A stretch of 64,000 nt of DNA from a virus (Duplodnaviria > Caudoviricetes): positions 1 through 64,000 of IMG/VR virus record IMGVR_UViG_3300033145_002015; one strand, written 5' to 3'. The number at the start of each line of letters is the position of its first letter. Position 1 is the stretch's first letter. The notes below the pieces were generated by a model. It had not been told where the DNA came from. It did no database searches and saw only the letters and a program-made list of their open reading frames with translations. The position numbers were made by a program, and so were the translations under genes. Shown in pieces: positions 9,276 to 18,054 of this stretch.

Positions 9276-9941
9276 TCATTCTCCTCCTTCCGAACGGCGA
9301 GCTTTTTGCAATAATTTAACCTTAGTTATCCACATCCGAGGATTTACATTCCATCCTAAGCCTTTCTTGATGTAAATGGAGTTCCATAGCTCTATAAAAT
9401 CCGGCATCAATTCATTCCCATACTCTTCTGGAGATAATTCCCTATGAGGCCAAATATCTTTTTTTGCTGCTCCTAGTTGCGCAAACAGATCAAATAGCCC
9501 AATATCTTGTAATCTTTCGACTCTAATGTCTGTTATTTCCAGTGTAATCCTTGATGCCCAACGAGGCATAAAGATAGGGGAACGCCATTTCCAACCCTCG
9601 ATTGTCTCCCAGTCAGGATCGGTAGCTCTGTATATTACATAATCATCTATTGCATGGCATACACCCATAGTGCTTGCTAGTTGCCAGGTTTCTTTTACCC
9701 AGAGTCTATCTCCAACTTGACCATGAGGACACTTAAAATATCCTGGTGAACCATCACGTGATTGGCTCAACCAGAAACCAGCCCAAAACCACCCCCGGCT
9801 ACTTGGGTAACCCAAATCAGTTTTATAACCTGCAAATTCGCCTCTTGGCTGTGGTTTCATCGGTTTTATTATCGATGCCTCTCGGCCTTCCAGAACAGCC
9901 CGGACCATTTCGGGGCCAAGAATTGCAGGTCGTTTTTTCAT
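9276..9941 (-). CDS. Conserved phage ASCH/PUA-like protein
   Basis: CPHGQVGDRLWVKETW, WRSPIFMPRWASRITLEITDIRVERLQDI. Confidence 0.75.
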   Translation of the reverse strand: MKKRPAILGPEMVRAVLEGREASIIKPMKPQPRGEFAGYKTDLGYPSSRGWFWAGFWLSQSRDGSPGYFKCPHGQVGDRLWVKETWQLASTMGVCHAIDDYVIYRATDPDWETIEGWKWRSPIFMPRWASRITLEITDIRVERLQDIGLFDLFAQLGAAKKDIWPHRELSPEEYGNELMPDFIELWNSIYIKKGLGWNVNPRMWITKVKLLQKARRSEGGE

Positions 9942-9977
9942 AGGCCACCTACCTCATAAATGTAGTATGTCATTAAT

Positions 9978-10400
9978 CTACTCCAAAACCCTTACGGCTT
10001 TGAAAGCTATTGTACCGACGGGAGGAGACGAAAATATCCTGCCGCGTGGAGGATCTTGGACGAGTCTCATGGGATCGTCTCCACACCCACATACGATTTT
10101 CCTAGGTACAATTCCAAGGCCGATTCCTTCAACTCTGATTATTTTCGCTATTCCTTCAAGCTGATGCCGCTTAATGAAATCTTTTGCGGGTACCCTTGAT
10201 TCAAAACACATTATCCCCACACTCCCGTCTGCGGCATAAATGGTCCTTCCCTTAAGGTATCTCGGAAAATATTGAGGATACCTGCGCTTTCGTTTAAGGT
10301 ATTTCTCGACTGCCGTAGAGGATAATAAAAAATGTTTTTTGCATAACATTATATTAGAGCAGTGCCTAGTTCCCTTCTCCACAACTTTGAAAGCGATCAT
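9978..10400 (-). CDS. Unknown paralog family member 1 (MIAFKVVEK...GTIAFK)
   Basis: Clear similarity to 10628..11050 and 12517..12981. Confidence 0.8.
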   Translation of the reverse strand: MIAFKVVEKGTRHCSNIMLCKKHFLLSSTAVEKYLKRKRRYPQYFPRYLKGRTIYAADGSVGIMCFESRVPAKDFIKRHQLEGIAKIIRVEGIGLGIVPRKIVCGCGDDPMRLVQDPPRGRIFSSPPVGTIAFKAVRVLE

Positions 10401-10615
10401 ATATACTCCTGACGTTTCACCTTTTCCCGTCTCACATGTGGCCCGATATTCATTACAACTCGCAAAAAAGCCCTGTAGGCCTCCCCAGCATCCTCAACAC
10501 GTCGCCCTCTGTAAACCATCCCTCTGGAATCCAAGATGAGGGCAATAGTGTTATCCACCACAAACCTTATTTCGCCAGCTCTAATTTGAATTGGCTTCCT
10601 TATATAATTTTTCAT
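10397..10615 (-). CDS. Hypothetical protein
   Basis: RBS GAGGAG, overlaps next gene. Confidence 0.55.
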   Translation of the reverse strand: MKNYIRKPIQIRAGEIRFVVDNTIALILDSRGMVYRGRRVEDAGEAYRAFLRVVMNIGPHVRREKVKRQEYI

Positions 10616-10627
10616 TTTATACTCTCC

Positions 10628-11050
10628 TCACTCCAAAACCCTTACGGCCATAAAAGCTATTGTGCCGACGGGAGGGGGGACGACGACTAAATCAAGCGAG
10701 CCTTTTTTGATGAGATCCATGGGAACAGCCCCGTGCCATTGTATGATTGCTTTGGGTCGGAGTTTAGACCCAATACCTTCAACTTTGATTATTTTTGCGC
10801 TTATCTTAATAAAGCGTTGGCTTTCAATAAATTTCTCCGCTGCTTCTTTGCTCTCAAAACACATTATACCCACGCTGCCGTCTGCGGCGTAGATAGTGCT
10901 CCCCTTCAAATAGCGGGGAAAGTACTGCGGGTATTTACGCTTCCACCTAAGGAATTTTTCAATCGCTTTAAGGGTGGGTAAATATTCTTTGTATATCATT
11001 ACATTCGAGCAATGTCGCGTCTTCTTCTCGACCACCTTAAAAGCAATCAT
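10628..11050 (-). CDS. Unknown paralog family member 2
   Basis: RHCSN, YPQYFPRYLKG, ADGSVGIMCFES, PPVGTIAF. Confidence 0.8.
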   Translation of the reverse strand: MIAFKVVEKKTRHCSNVMIYKEYLPTLKAIEKFLRWKRKYPQYFPRYLKGSTIYAADGSVGIMCFESKEAAEKFIESQRFIKISAKIIKVEGIGSKLRPKAIIQWHGAVPMDLIKKGSLDLVVVPPPVGTIAFMAVRVLE

Positions 11051-11304
11051 TGCTGTCCTCCGCGTCGCATTCTGTCTGCGATCATCATTGCGTAATTCGC
11101 CACATCACAGCATTCCTGTATAGTTGACTCTGTTCCTCCGTCTACTAATGCCTCTTCAAGTTCAGTAATTTCTGTTCGTAACCGTCCCAAGAGGTAAGAA
11201 AGGGGACATGAATCCCATCCTCCCTTATAGTCATTAGATACTAAGACCTCTTCCATCCTCCCCGCGAACCATCTGACTTCTTCCCTTACCTTGTAGGCAA
11301 TCAT
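11047..11304 (-). CDS. MazG-like nucleotide pyrophosphohydrolase
   Basis: EITELEEAL...ECCDVANYAMMIAD. Confidence 0.6.
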   Translation of the reverse strand: MIAYKVREEVRWFAGRMEEVLVSNDYKGGWDSCPLSYLLGRLRTEITELEEALVDGGTESTIQECCDVANYAMMIADRMRRGGQQ

Positions 11305-11349
11305 CAATCATCTCCTTATTTGTTTTTCTTTACTTACTTTTCCTTCCAT

Positions 11350-12027
11350 TCAATTGAACTCCTTCAACGCCTTTAAATTAGTATCAAGCCAATTGTGAAA
11401 GGATTTTCCATGCGACTGTTGCACATAAGGGGACTTGTCCATTGCCAATGGCTTTAAGTCGGTCCATCCTATGGGCCACCCCATAAGCAGTTCCGCTAAT
11501 TCCGGCGTGCATGGCCCTTTCCCGAAAGTTTGTCTCACCCAATCTCGAAATGTCCAATCTTTTCTCCGCCGCCGGCCAACAGATGGTCCTGATGTTCCAT
11601 CCGATACTCGAACGGTCGGCACAAATCCATAACCGCATTCGGACCTGATCTTGTGCGACAATGCACGCTGGAATTGCTGTGATTTTCCCACCATAACCCT
11701 CACGGCGCAAGCCGCCAAGTAAGGTTTCAAAAGAGGAGAAAAGTGGATACCGGGGCACTTGCTCAATGAACAGGTATTTCGGTCGCACAATCTTAATTGT
11801 GTCCAAGAACGCTGAAGTAAGGTCCCGTTCATCTTTCTCTCCTTTTCTTTTACCTGCGGCACTAAACGGCTGGCATGGGGGTCCTGCTGTGACGACTTCA
11901 ACCATTCCCTTATAGCTTTCGGCGTACCCTTGATTGATGAAATCTCGGATATCGCCGAATATTGGGGCTTCATCAAGGAATCCGTCTTTGATTCGCTGCG
12001 CAATGACTTGTTGGCAATATTTGTCAT
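11350..12027 (-). CDS. Alternative-frame C5-methyltransferase partner (motif IX-like) overlapping the MTase gene
   Basis: PELAELLMGWPIGWTDL; 225-codon same-strand ORF nested in another frame; true start uncertain. Confidence 0.6.
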   Translation of the reverse strand: MTNIANKSLRSESKTDSLMKPQYSAISEISSIKGTPKAIREWLKSSQQDPHASRLVPQVKEKERKMNGTLLQRSWTQLRLCDRNTCSLSKCPGIHFSPLLKPYLAACAVRVMVGKSQQFQRALSHKIRSECGYGFVPTVRVSDGTSGPSVGRRRRKDWTFRDWVRQTFGKGPCTPELAELLMGWPIGWTDLKPLAMDKSPYVQQSHGKSFHNWLDTNLKALKEFN

Positions 12028-12118
12028 TGTCTATATACCCCACACATTTCCAATTCAACAAATATTGGCATGCTAAATCCCCACCGCAAGCACCCGAATA
12101 AAGACTGAGATAAAACAT
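11384..12118 (-). CDS. DNA (cytosine-5) methyltransferase
   Basis: Motif I LSLYSGACG, catalytic IV GPPCQPFS, VI EQV, VIII QVRMR, X RLKAIGNGQV. Confidence 0.9.
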   Translation of the reverse strand: MFYLSLYSGACGGDLACQYLLNWKCVGYIDNDKYCQQVIAQRIKDGFLDEAPIFGDIRDFINQGYAESYKGMVEVVTAGPPCQPFSAAGKRKGEKDERDLTSAFLDTIKIVRPKYLFIEQVPRYPLFSSFETLLGGLRREGYGGKITAIPACIVAQDQVRMRLWICADRSSIGWNIRTICWPAAEKRLDISRLGETNFRERAMHAGISGTAYGVAHRMDRLKAIGNGQVPLCATVAWKILSQLA

Positions 12119-12238
12119 TCTTCCTTACCACAAACCACAATTCTTGTAATTATCAAGATACAACTCTAAATCCTAGTCTCCTCGGGGCCTTTTTATCCTC
12201 CCTGCTTTGTACGCTGGACATACTCTTGATCTCCCATG

Positions 12239-12493
12239 TTACTCTGTAACTCTAAGGACGATTTCAGTCCCTGGAGCTAGAAGCTCCACAGCTATATCTG
12301 GCTCGTCGGTCCAACATTTATCCTGCCCAGGACTTGTTAGATTCATCACCTCAAACTGAGACGTAGAAGCTGTCCGCATTACAACATGCCCGTCATAATA
12401 TCCTACAGAGTCTTTTATGATCCCAATATCGCAGGGTTTCATATTCTTCATCGGTACAGTCTTTGCATGACTGGGAAAATCTATCTCAAACAT
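12239..12493 (-). CDS. Hypothetical protein
   Basis: ORF with RBS GGAGGT. Confidence 0.55.
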   Translation of the reverse strand: MFEIDFPSHAKTVPMKNMKPCDIGIIKDSVGYYDGHVVMRTASTSQFEVMNLTSPGQDKCWTDEPDIAVELLAPGTEIVLRVTE

Positions 12494-12516
12494 TTTTTAC
12501 CTCCTAGAGAAAAAGG

Positions 12517-12981
12517 TTACTCCAGAACCTCGACCACTTTGAAGGCGATTGTGCCCGGTGGTGATCTATGACAGGAATAATATGGAGAAAGTTGACGCTG
12601 AAGGCTTGGTAGTCGCGTATAACGCTCAACAAGCCGCCATGGATGCATACCACAACCGGAAACTACTTCTGTGGGAGTGGAGCTTGGTCCAATACCTCTG
12701 ACCTTAATGATTTTAGCATGTTCCCGTACCGCTCTGGGGACATACACCTCACTGATGAACCACTCCGCATGCCTAACAGACTCGAAACACATTATCCCTG
12801 CACTACCCCTGACCGCTCGGACAATTGTGCCTTTCAGATATTTGGGGAAAAATTCTGGATGCTTTCTCCTCCAACGCAAGAAATCCCTGACTCTCTCCGG
12901 GTCATGGGCGTTCCCGGTTTTGAATAGCAAAACGTTCGAGCAATGTCGTGTGCCCTTTTCTACAACCTTATACGCAATCAT
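12517..12981 (-). CDS. Unknown paralog family member 3
   Basis: Start reassigned to MIAYKVVEKGTRHCSN (RBS GGAGGTG); ends PPGTIAFKVVEVLE. Confidence 0.8.
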   Translation of the reverse strand: MIAYKVVEKGTRHCSNVLLFKTGNAHDPERVRDFLRWRRKHPEFFPKYLKGTIVRAVRGSAGIMCFESVRHAEWFISEVYVPRAVREHAKIIKVRGIGPSSTPTEVVSGCGMHPWRLVERYTRLPSLQRQLSPYYSCHRSPPGTIAFKVVEVLE

Positions 12982-12991
12982 ATACACCTCC

Positions 12992-13438
12992 TTATTCTTC
13001 GTGCCTTTTCTTCCATCTTCCTTTCTCATCCCGCGGTCGATTGCTCATCTCCTTGGACAAAACATCGCGGTAATGCTCAGGCCAGAAGCTCCTCAAAACA
13101 GGGACATCAGGCGTGGTCCTCCACGCTTCTACACGCAAATCGTCCGGTAGAACCTGAATTTCTTTTCCCAAAAAGGATTCCCGCACCAGAAACACAAATA
13201 CTTTGGATTTCGTCAGAAACCGCCAGCCCTCTTCTTTGCCTTCGTACGTTTTTTCTCCTAGGGGCACATACCGTGCTCCAACGAGAATACCTCGAAACTC
13301 CCGAGGCACTCTCTTTAGTGTCCGCCGTTGCCAATACCACTTTTCTTTCACATAGACGGCCTCTGCTCGATAACGACCATAAACAGGCATTCCGATATAA
13401 AACGACCCGATCATCCTCTTCGCTTTCGAGACTGTCAT
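12992..13438 (-). CDS. Hypothetical protein
   Basis: ORF in gene run. Confidence 0.55.
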   Translation of the reverse strand: MTVSKAKRMIGSFYIGMPVYGRYRAEAVYVKEKWYWQRRTLKRVPREFRGILVGARYVPLGEKTYEGKEEGWRFLTKSKVFVFLVRESFLGKEIQVLPDDLRVEAWRTTPDVPVLRSFWPEHYRDVLSKEMSNRPRDEKGRWKKRHEE

Positions 13439-13701
13439 TGGTCTCTCTCCTTATCGGCCAGTTCAGCTATAACATCACCATGACAGGGAAGCGGCTTACA
13501 CCAGCAGCCGAGAATCTTCCCTCTCACCTCATGAAGACTGCTCATTAACTCAGGGTTGTTGAGAAGAAATCTTCTGTACTTCTCAATAACCTCTTCCCTA
13601 GTGCCATCTCTCCCTATCTTGAAAGGGTTGCCCCACTTCGAGGGCCTCCCAATATAGACATCGTATTTTTCCTTCTTGCAGTGAACTACCTGCGTCTTCA
13701 T
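13435..13701 (-). CDS. DUF4326 family protein
   Basis: VVHCKKEKYDVYIGRPSKWGNPF...LGCWCKPLPCHGDV. Confidence 0.9.
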   Translation of the reverse strand: MKTQVVHCKKEKYDVYIGRPSKWGNPFKIGRDGTREEVIEKYRRFLLNNPELMSSLHEVRGKILGCWCKPLPCHGDVIAELADKERDQ

Positions 13702-14081
13702 AACACCTCCACCTTACTCCTCCTTCTCCCTGTTTGTTTTCTTATCGCCAATCGGTAAACTAAATTAACTCTTTCAATATCAGAAAGCCCGGCATGAATC
13801 ATTTTAATGAAACTATTCAATGATATAGTATCAGTACGCAAGAATGCTTCTTCTCCGGAAGATCTTTTACTTACGATAAAAACTTCTTCGTCGTTTGGAT
13901 CGTAATAAAATTCATAGCCTGCAATTTTCACGCGCAATCCAGCAAATAGTGCTTTTACAACTACTACAACCGGATCAAGAATTCGACATCCCGATCCGAC
14001 CTCATCCATTCCCTTCCTCCGTGACTGTACGTAGGTATCGGCCCCACCTGCATTCTTCCCAATTCTCACATTATTCTTCAT
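13698..14081 (-). CDS. Hypothetical protein
   Basis: ORF, 4-nt overlap. Confidence 0.5.
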   Translation of the reverse strand: MKNNVRIGKNAGGADTYVQSRRKGMDEVGSGCRILDPVVVVVKALFAGLRVKIAGYEFYYDPNDEEVFIVSKRSSGEEAFLRTDTISLNSFIKMIHAGLSDIERVNLVYRLAIRKQTGRRRSKVEVL

Positions 14082-14082
14082 A

Positions 14083-14301
14083 TCAAATCTCCTGGCTTTT
14101 CATCTTCTTCCCACGGCTGCGCGGAACCCCCAAGACAAATGCACTAACAACGGCCCGAAATGCTTTACGCTTCTCTTCTGGCCATGATGCCACTTCACAT
14201 AATGAACACCAGCCTCGTTCAGTTTCCTGTTTGCTGGCAAGAACAATTTTTCGATTACATTTTGGACATATCCAATTTAATGCCACGATACCTCCATGCA
14301 A
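14083..14301 (-). CDS. Small zinc-finger protein
   Basis: CPKC...CSLC. Confidence 0.5.
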   Translation of the reverse strand: MHGGIVALNWICPKCNRKIVLASKQETERGWCSLCEVASWPEEKRKAFRAVVSAFVLGVPRSRGKKMKSQEI

Positions 14302-14408
14302 ATAATGACTAGATCGAATCGCGCCGACCGATATAAAGCAACCCGGTCATCTTTTTTGCTTATCGACTTCCCTCTTCTCTTGAAATGATATCAGCACTTT
14401 TCCATCTA

Positions 14409-14939
14409 TTATCTTTTCCACCCAAAATCCCTTTTCTTTATTTTGGCCATTCTCCCATCAGGATGATGGAATACGATCCCCTCTATATCCAGATCCTTCA
14501 AATATTCCCTTAGTCCTTCGTATGTCCTCGGGGCATTTTCCAGTCGCTCGGCATCAGCATGTCTAATCAAAACATGCTTCTCAAACCTTTCTGGATTGCC
14601 CTGCACCTTGGGACCCACCAGCTCATAAGTCCCATCGGGTAGATCGGGCTTGAATGCTTCCATATGCCACTTATCTTTCTCCGTCACCGGGACCCAGCCA
14701 AACCGCTTGCCGGTAACCTCATCGAAATCAACCTCAATGAAATCTTCAGATACCGGTTTCTTCTTTGGTATACTACGCCTTTTGAAATATCCGCCGTTCT
14801 GAATCAAGACGCACGTTCCATCATACTTCCTGGTTGCAATCCCTTCCCCGCCCATAACCCAGATACAGAGCGGATTTACTTCGGGCAGTATCAGCTTTGT
14901 CTCAAGATCGCGCTTGAATAATGTAGGGATCTTCTTCAT
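14409..14939 (-). CDS. RNA ligase-like nucleotidyltransferase (DUF5565-like)
   Basis: MKKIPTLF, TRKYDGT (KxDG), GTYELVGPKVQGNP, EGIVFH...KIK. Confidence 0.7.
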   Translation of the reverse strand: MKKIPTLFKRDLETKLILPEVNPLCIWVMGGEGIATRKYDGTCVLIQNGGYFKRRSIPKKKPVSEDFIEVDFDEVTGKRFGWVPVTEKDKWHMEAFKPDLPDGTYELVGPKVQGNPERFEKHVLIRHADAERLENAPRTYEGLREYLKDLDIEGIVFHHPDGRMAKIKKRDFGWKR

Positions 14940-15214
14940 ATCAAGTCTCCCGGCTCTTCGCCCTCTTCCCGTCTCACATATTTTTTCGCGATTTTCATCA
15001 AGGCGTCATCTGCAAGTTTCCATAAATCCCTTATATTCAAATCGGACAGTTCCAGAATCTTCTCTTCAAGTGCCGAGACCTTCTCCTCCTCCGATTCGAT
15101 ACCATACAAAAACGCCCGTAATGTATAGAAAAGCTGAAGCACTCTTTCGTTTTCCCCGGGTTCCGGTGGGGGAGGCCACTCTACACGAAATCTACGTCTC
15201 AGCCGATTCATCAC
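14936..15214 (-). CDS. Hypothetical protein, paralog of the 5524..5895 C-terminus
   Basis: ERVLQLF...LSDL...LW. Confidence 0.65.
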   Translation of the reverse strand: MMNRLRRRFRVEWPPPPEPGENERVLQLFYTLRAFLYGIESEEEKVSALEEKILELSDLNIRDLWKLADDALMKIAKKYVRREEGEEPGDLI

Positions 15215-15573
15215 TTTCCTCTTGTATCCTCCTCATCAATCAAATCATTATACTTATCCCAGGAATCGAAGGAAGTCGGCCTACCGTCCCGCGTTCTTAC
15301 ATTTCCATGGTAAGCGGCGGCGAAGGCTTTTAAACCATGTCTCCCGTAATGCCCTGGATTTCTCTCCGCCGTTTCGATGAAACCCATGGGATCATCAGTC
15401 TCAAGCAAGACTTCGCCGCGAGGCCCGCATGGGAGTCCATTCTCATAGGAATAAACGGGATCTCCAAGTTTCCACCAGCATGTGTTAAAAGCATAAACAA
15501 GACGGTCGTACGATTCAGCCGCTTTTTTGATAGACTCAAAATCCATGAACCAGCTAATATGGAATTCATGCAT
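15211..15573 (-). CDS. Hypothetical protein
   Basis: Start reassigned to MHEFHISW (RBS GGAGGAG). Confidence 0.55.
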   Translation of the reverse strand: MHEFHISWFMDFESIKKAAESYDRLVYAFNTCWWKLGDPVYSYENGLPCGPRGEVLLETDDPMGFIETAERNPGHYGRHGLKAFAAAYHGNVRTRDGRPTSFDSWDKYNDLIDEEDTRGK

Positions 15574-15578
15574 GATTT

Positions 15579-15740
15579 TCACTCCTCCATTATCTCTACT
15601 TTCCACTCCTTCTTCCTGCAGTACTTGACAATTCGTTCTATATTCCAATCCCGCATATATCCCAAGATCGGCGGGACCCGATTCCTCTCCCCGACCTCGA
15701 TCCCCGCGCAAAAATGCGGGGCGGTTATCCTCAGCAGCAT
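15579..15740 (-). CDS. Small conserved phage protein
   Basis: MLLRITAPHFCAG...PPILGYM..W; RBS GAGGGGG. Confidence 0.55.
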   Translation of the reverse strand: MLLRITAPHFCAGIEVGERNRVPPILGYMRDWNIERIVKYCRKKEWKVEIMEE

Positions 15741-16132
15741 TCCCCCTCTATCTCGATATGCCCGTAGTCCATCAGCATCCAATCCTCGTTCAGCCTCCCG
15801 TTCCATGCTCCCCCCCATCTCAGACGGATCCCGCTCTTCCATCCCAGTCCCAACATGATCGCGGCCACTAGGTAATAGCATGCGGTCTCGTCGGGATACG
15901 TCACGATATCGATCGCCTCCGCCGGGATCCTGTTATGCTTCGAGTTCGGCCACTTCACCCGGCTCTTCCCCTCCCGATACGCCGACATCTGCTCCTCCTC
16001 CCCGCGATGCCCGCATACCACGCCGAAGTCCACCGGACTTATCTTCAACGCTTCATCCGCAATCATCCTCAACGCGGGAGCCACTCCTTCAAGATTCTTC
16101 AAAGATCTTTCAGACCATTTCCATCCAGGCAT
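15731..16132 (-). CDS. M15-family peptidase endolysin (L-Ala-D-Glu peptidase-like)
   Basis: SERSLKNLEGV, GHRGEEEQ, SKHN...AIDI, RWGG, DYGHIE. Confidence 0.85.
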   Translation of the reverse strand: MPGWKWSERSLKNLEGVAPALRMIADEALKISPVDFGVVCGHRGEEEQMSAYREGKSRVKWPNSKHNRIPAEAIDIVTYPDETACYYLVAAIMLGLGWKSGIRLRWGGAWNGRLNEDWMLMDYGHIEIEGECC

Positions 16133-16147
16133 AACCTTCTCCTTCTC

Positions 16148-16453
16148 TCAGAAGTCACAATACAGCCACTCCCCTTCGACGACATGTCCCGATTCAACGG
16201 AATAGCAATACTCACACATCTTGAATCGGTTCACCCATTTCTTCTTCCCGCAGCGGAAGCATTTATCTTTTTTGTATTTCGTCCAGTTCGTATGCGTCCG
16301 GGAGATCCCATGCCGCCTGTAGACGGAACGGAACTGAGCCTTCATGTCATGCTTCCGCTTCTTGGCCGTTTGGCATTCCGGCTTTTTACAATACCGTGTG
16401 TTCGGCGCCGTCGCCTCGAATTCTTCTTTACAGTTGATGCATATCTTCTGCAT
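16148..16453 (-). CDS. Zinc-finger protein
   Basis: CINC...YC...C, CFRC, CEYC; start reassigned because a promoter lies inside the longer ORF. Confidence 0.6.
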   Translation of the reverse strand: MQKICINCKEEFEATAPNTRYCKKPECQTAKKRKHDMKAQFRSVYRRHGISRTHTNWTKYKKDKCFRCGKKKWVNRFKMCEYCYSVESGHVVEGEWLYCDF

Positions 16454-16486
16454 GATCTTCCCCCCCATGGCCATCATTGGAAACGC

Positions 16487-16515
16487 AGTATAACATAGCT
16501 TTTTCCCAATGTCAA
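16487..16515 (-). promoter_or_regulatory. sigma70 promoter
   Basis: TTGACA-17-TATACT. Confidence 0.85.
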
Positions 16516-16594
16516 GCAAAAAATAAATTTTCGCAGGACTGGCGTCGAGCAAATTCACAGGAACCCCCCGCAGAGGCGCAATCAATTTCGTATT

Positions 16595-16917
16595 GTAAGA
16601 TAACTTTGTTACTAACTTTTTCAAAATTTCCAGTACAATTTTGCTCTACCATATATTCTTGTTATCAGTTTTTTCAGATTTTTCTTCTAGAATTTTGCTC
16701 TAGCATATACTCTTGTTACTAACTTTTTCAAAATTTCCAGTACAATTTTGCTCCGTCACATAGTTTTGTTGCTAACTTTTTCAAAATTCTTTCCCAGAAT
16801 TTTGCTCTAGCATATAGTCTTATTCCAAACTTTTTCAAAATTTTTTCCCAGAATTTTGCTCTACCATATATTCTTGTTATCAGTTTTTTCAGATTTTTCT
16901 TCTAGAATTTTGCTCTA
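16595..16917. repeat. ~54-bp AT-rich tandem array (about 6 units)
   Basis: AATTTTGCTC at 16637, 16691, 16744, 16798, 16852, 16906; units 1 and 5 identical. Confidence 0.9.
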
Positions 16918-16970
16918 AGGCTGCCGGGGGTGCTCCCCTGGGATTTTAGGAATCATGGGATTTATTATAA

Positions 16971-17084
16971 CATATGTTCCCATATTCTCTTGTTACATAT
17001 TTAATTACATATGTTCCCATATTCTCTTGTTACATATTTAATTACATATGTTCCCATATTCTCTTGTTACATATTTAATTACAT
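16971..17084. repeat. 3 x 37-bp perfect tandem repeat
   Basis: CATATGTTCCCATATTCTCTTGTTACATATTTAATTA at 16971, 17008, 17045. Confidence 0.95.
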
Positions 17085-17098
17085 GCAGGAGAAAGAGA

Positions 17099-17126
17099 AG
17101 GCCATCCTCTCCGGAGAGGATGGCCT
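17099..17126 (-). terminator. 28-bp perfect palindrome, probable terminator
   Basis: AGGCCATCCTCTCCGGAGAGGATGGCCT downstream of 17153..17635. Confidence 0.65.
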
Positions 17127-17152
17127 AGTGGAAGAGAAGAGAGGTTTGAGGT

Positions 17153-17635
17153 TTACTGTTTGGTGGCTTCCCTTCTCCTCACAAAGTATTGGAGCATGAC
17201 CGTATCGAAATCCGCGCCTATAAGCAGATCTTTCTTCTCTTTGGGAAGGGAAATCCCCAGGGCCCTGCTGAAGTGCAGGGCCTTCTTCTTGTCTCCGAGT
17301 AAAGCCAAACGGTATAAATACCGCCTGGCCTTGTCACGCCGAAACTTCTCCGTGTATTTTCCACGGAGAAACTCTTCCGCTTTTGCCTGGACATCCTGGG
17401 GTATTGTCCCCCAGGCATCCTTGTTCTTGAAATAGGCTATGGCGTCTCTAGCCATAACCTCGAAATAACCCCTGTCTTCTTTGGACAGGGGTTTATTTGT
17501 CTTGGCTTCAATCTGTGAAGCCAAGACATAGGCCAGCCGAATACGGCTTGCTGTCAGATTCCATTGTGTGGTTCCCCCCTCCCAGAGGGCTTTTTTAATG
17601 TCCGTGTTCTTGTCTTTCTTCCTTGTCATGATCAT
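17153..17635 (-). CDS. Basic helical hypothetical protein flanked by iteron-like repeats
   Basis: RBS GGAGGT, own promoter and terminator. Confidence 0.7.
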   Translation of the reverse strand: MIMTRKKDKNTDIKKALWEGGTTQWNLTASRIRLAYVLASQIEAKTNKPLSKEDRGYFEVMARDAIAYFKNKDAWGTIPQDVQAKAEEFLRGKYTEKFRRDKARRYLYRLALLGDKKKALHFSRALGISLPKEKKDLLIGADFDTVMLQYFVRRREATKQ

Positions 17636-17665
17636 ACCTCCATTCTTGGGTTGACGTTATTATGC

Positions 17666-17695
17666 TCTATATTATAACAAAGAACCCCTTGTCAA
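17666..17695 (-). promoter_or_regulatory. sigma70-like promoter
   Basis: T-tract, TTGACA, then TGTTATAATATAGA. Confidence 0.65.
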
Positions 17696-17726
17696 GAAAA
17701 AAATGCAAAAAGAAGAAAATTTTTTC

Positions 17727-17789
17727 CGGCATGCTTGTTGCAATATAGCAAGAATCATGCCATATAGTCTTATTGCAATATCTATGCCA
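17727..17789. promoter_or_regulatory. Cluster of three sigma54 (-24/-12)-like motifs
   Basis: CGGCATGCTTGTTGCA (+,17727), TGGCATGATTCTTGC (-,17748-17762), TGGCATAGATATTGCA (-,17774-17789). Confidence 0.5.
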
Positions 17790-18054
17790 AGAATGTTATT
17801 ACATATCTTATTACAAAGTTAATTACATATGTTCCTATATTCTTTTATTACAAAGTTAATTATATCCAGGAACACGGTATCGGACAAAATGAGGAACAAG
17901 GAATTCGACAAGATAAGGAACACGGAATTGAACAAGGAATTCGACAGGCCCCCGCGACAAACACGAGCCAACCAAAGCGACCAACCAATTCGACTAACCA
18001 AAGCGACAAACACGAGCTGACCGATCCGACAAACAATCTCGACAAGCCGACCCT

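Noticed and set aside
16454-16624. N-terminal extension of ORF 16148..16624
   Set aside because: Contains a consensus promoter and a palindrome copy; the real start is likely 16453.
16595-17084. 54-bp and 37-bp arrays as CRISPR
   Set aside because: Contiguous tandem units with no unique spacers of constant length; no cas operon (the Cas4-like gene sits in the recombination module).
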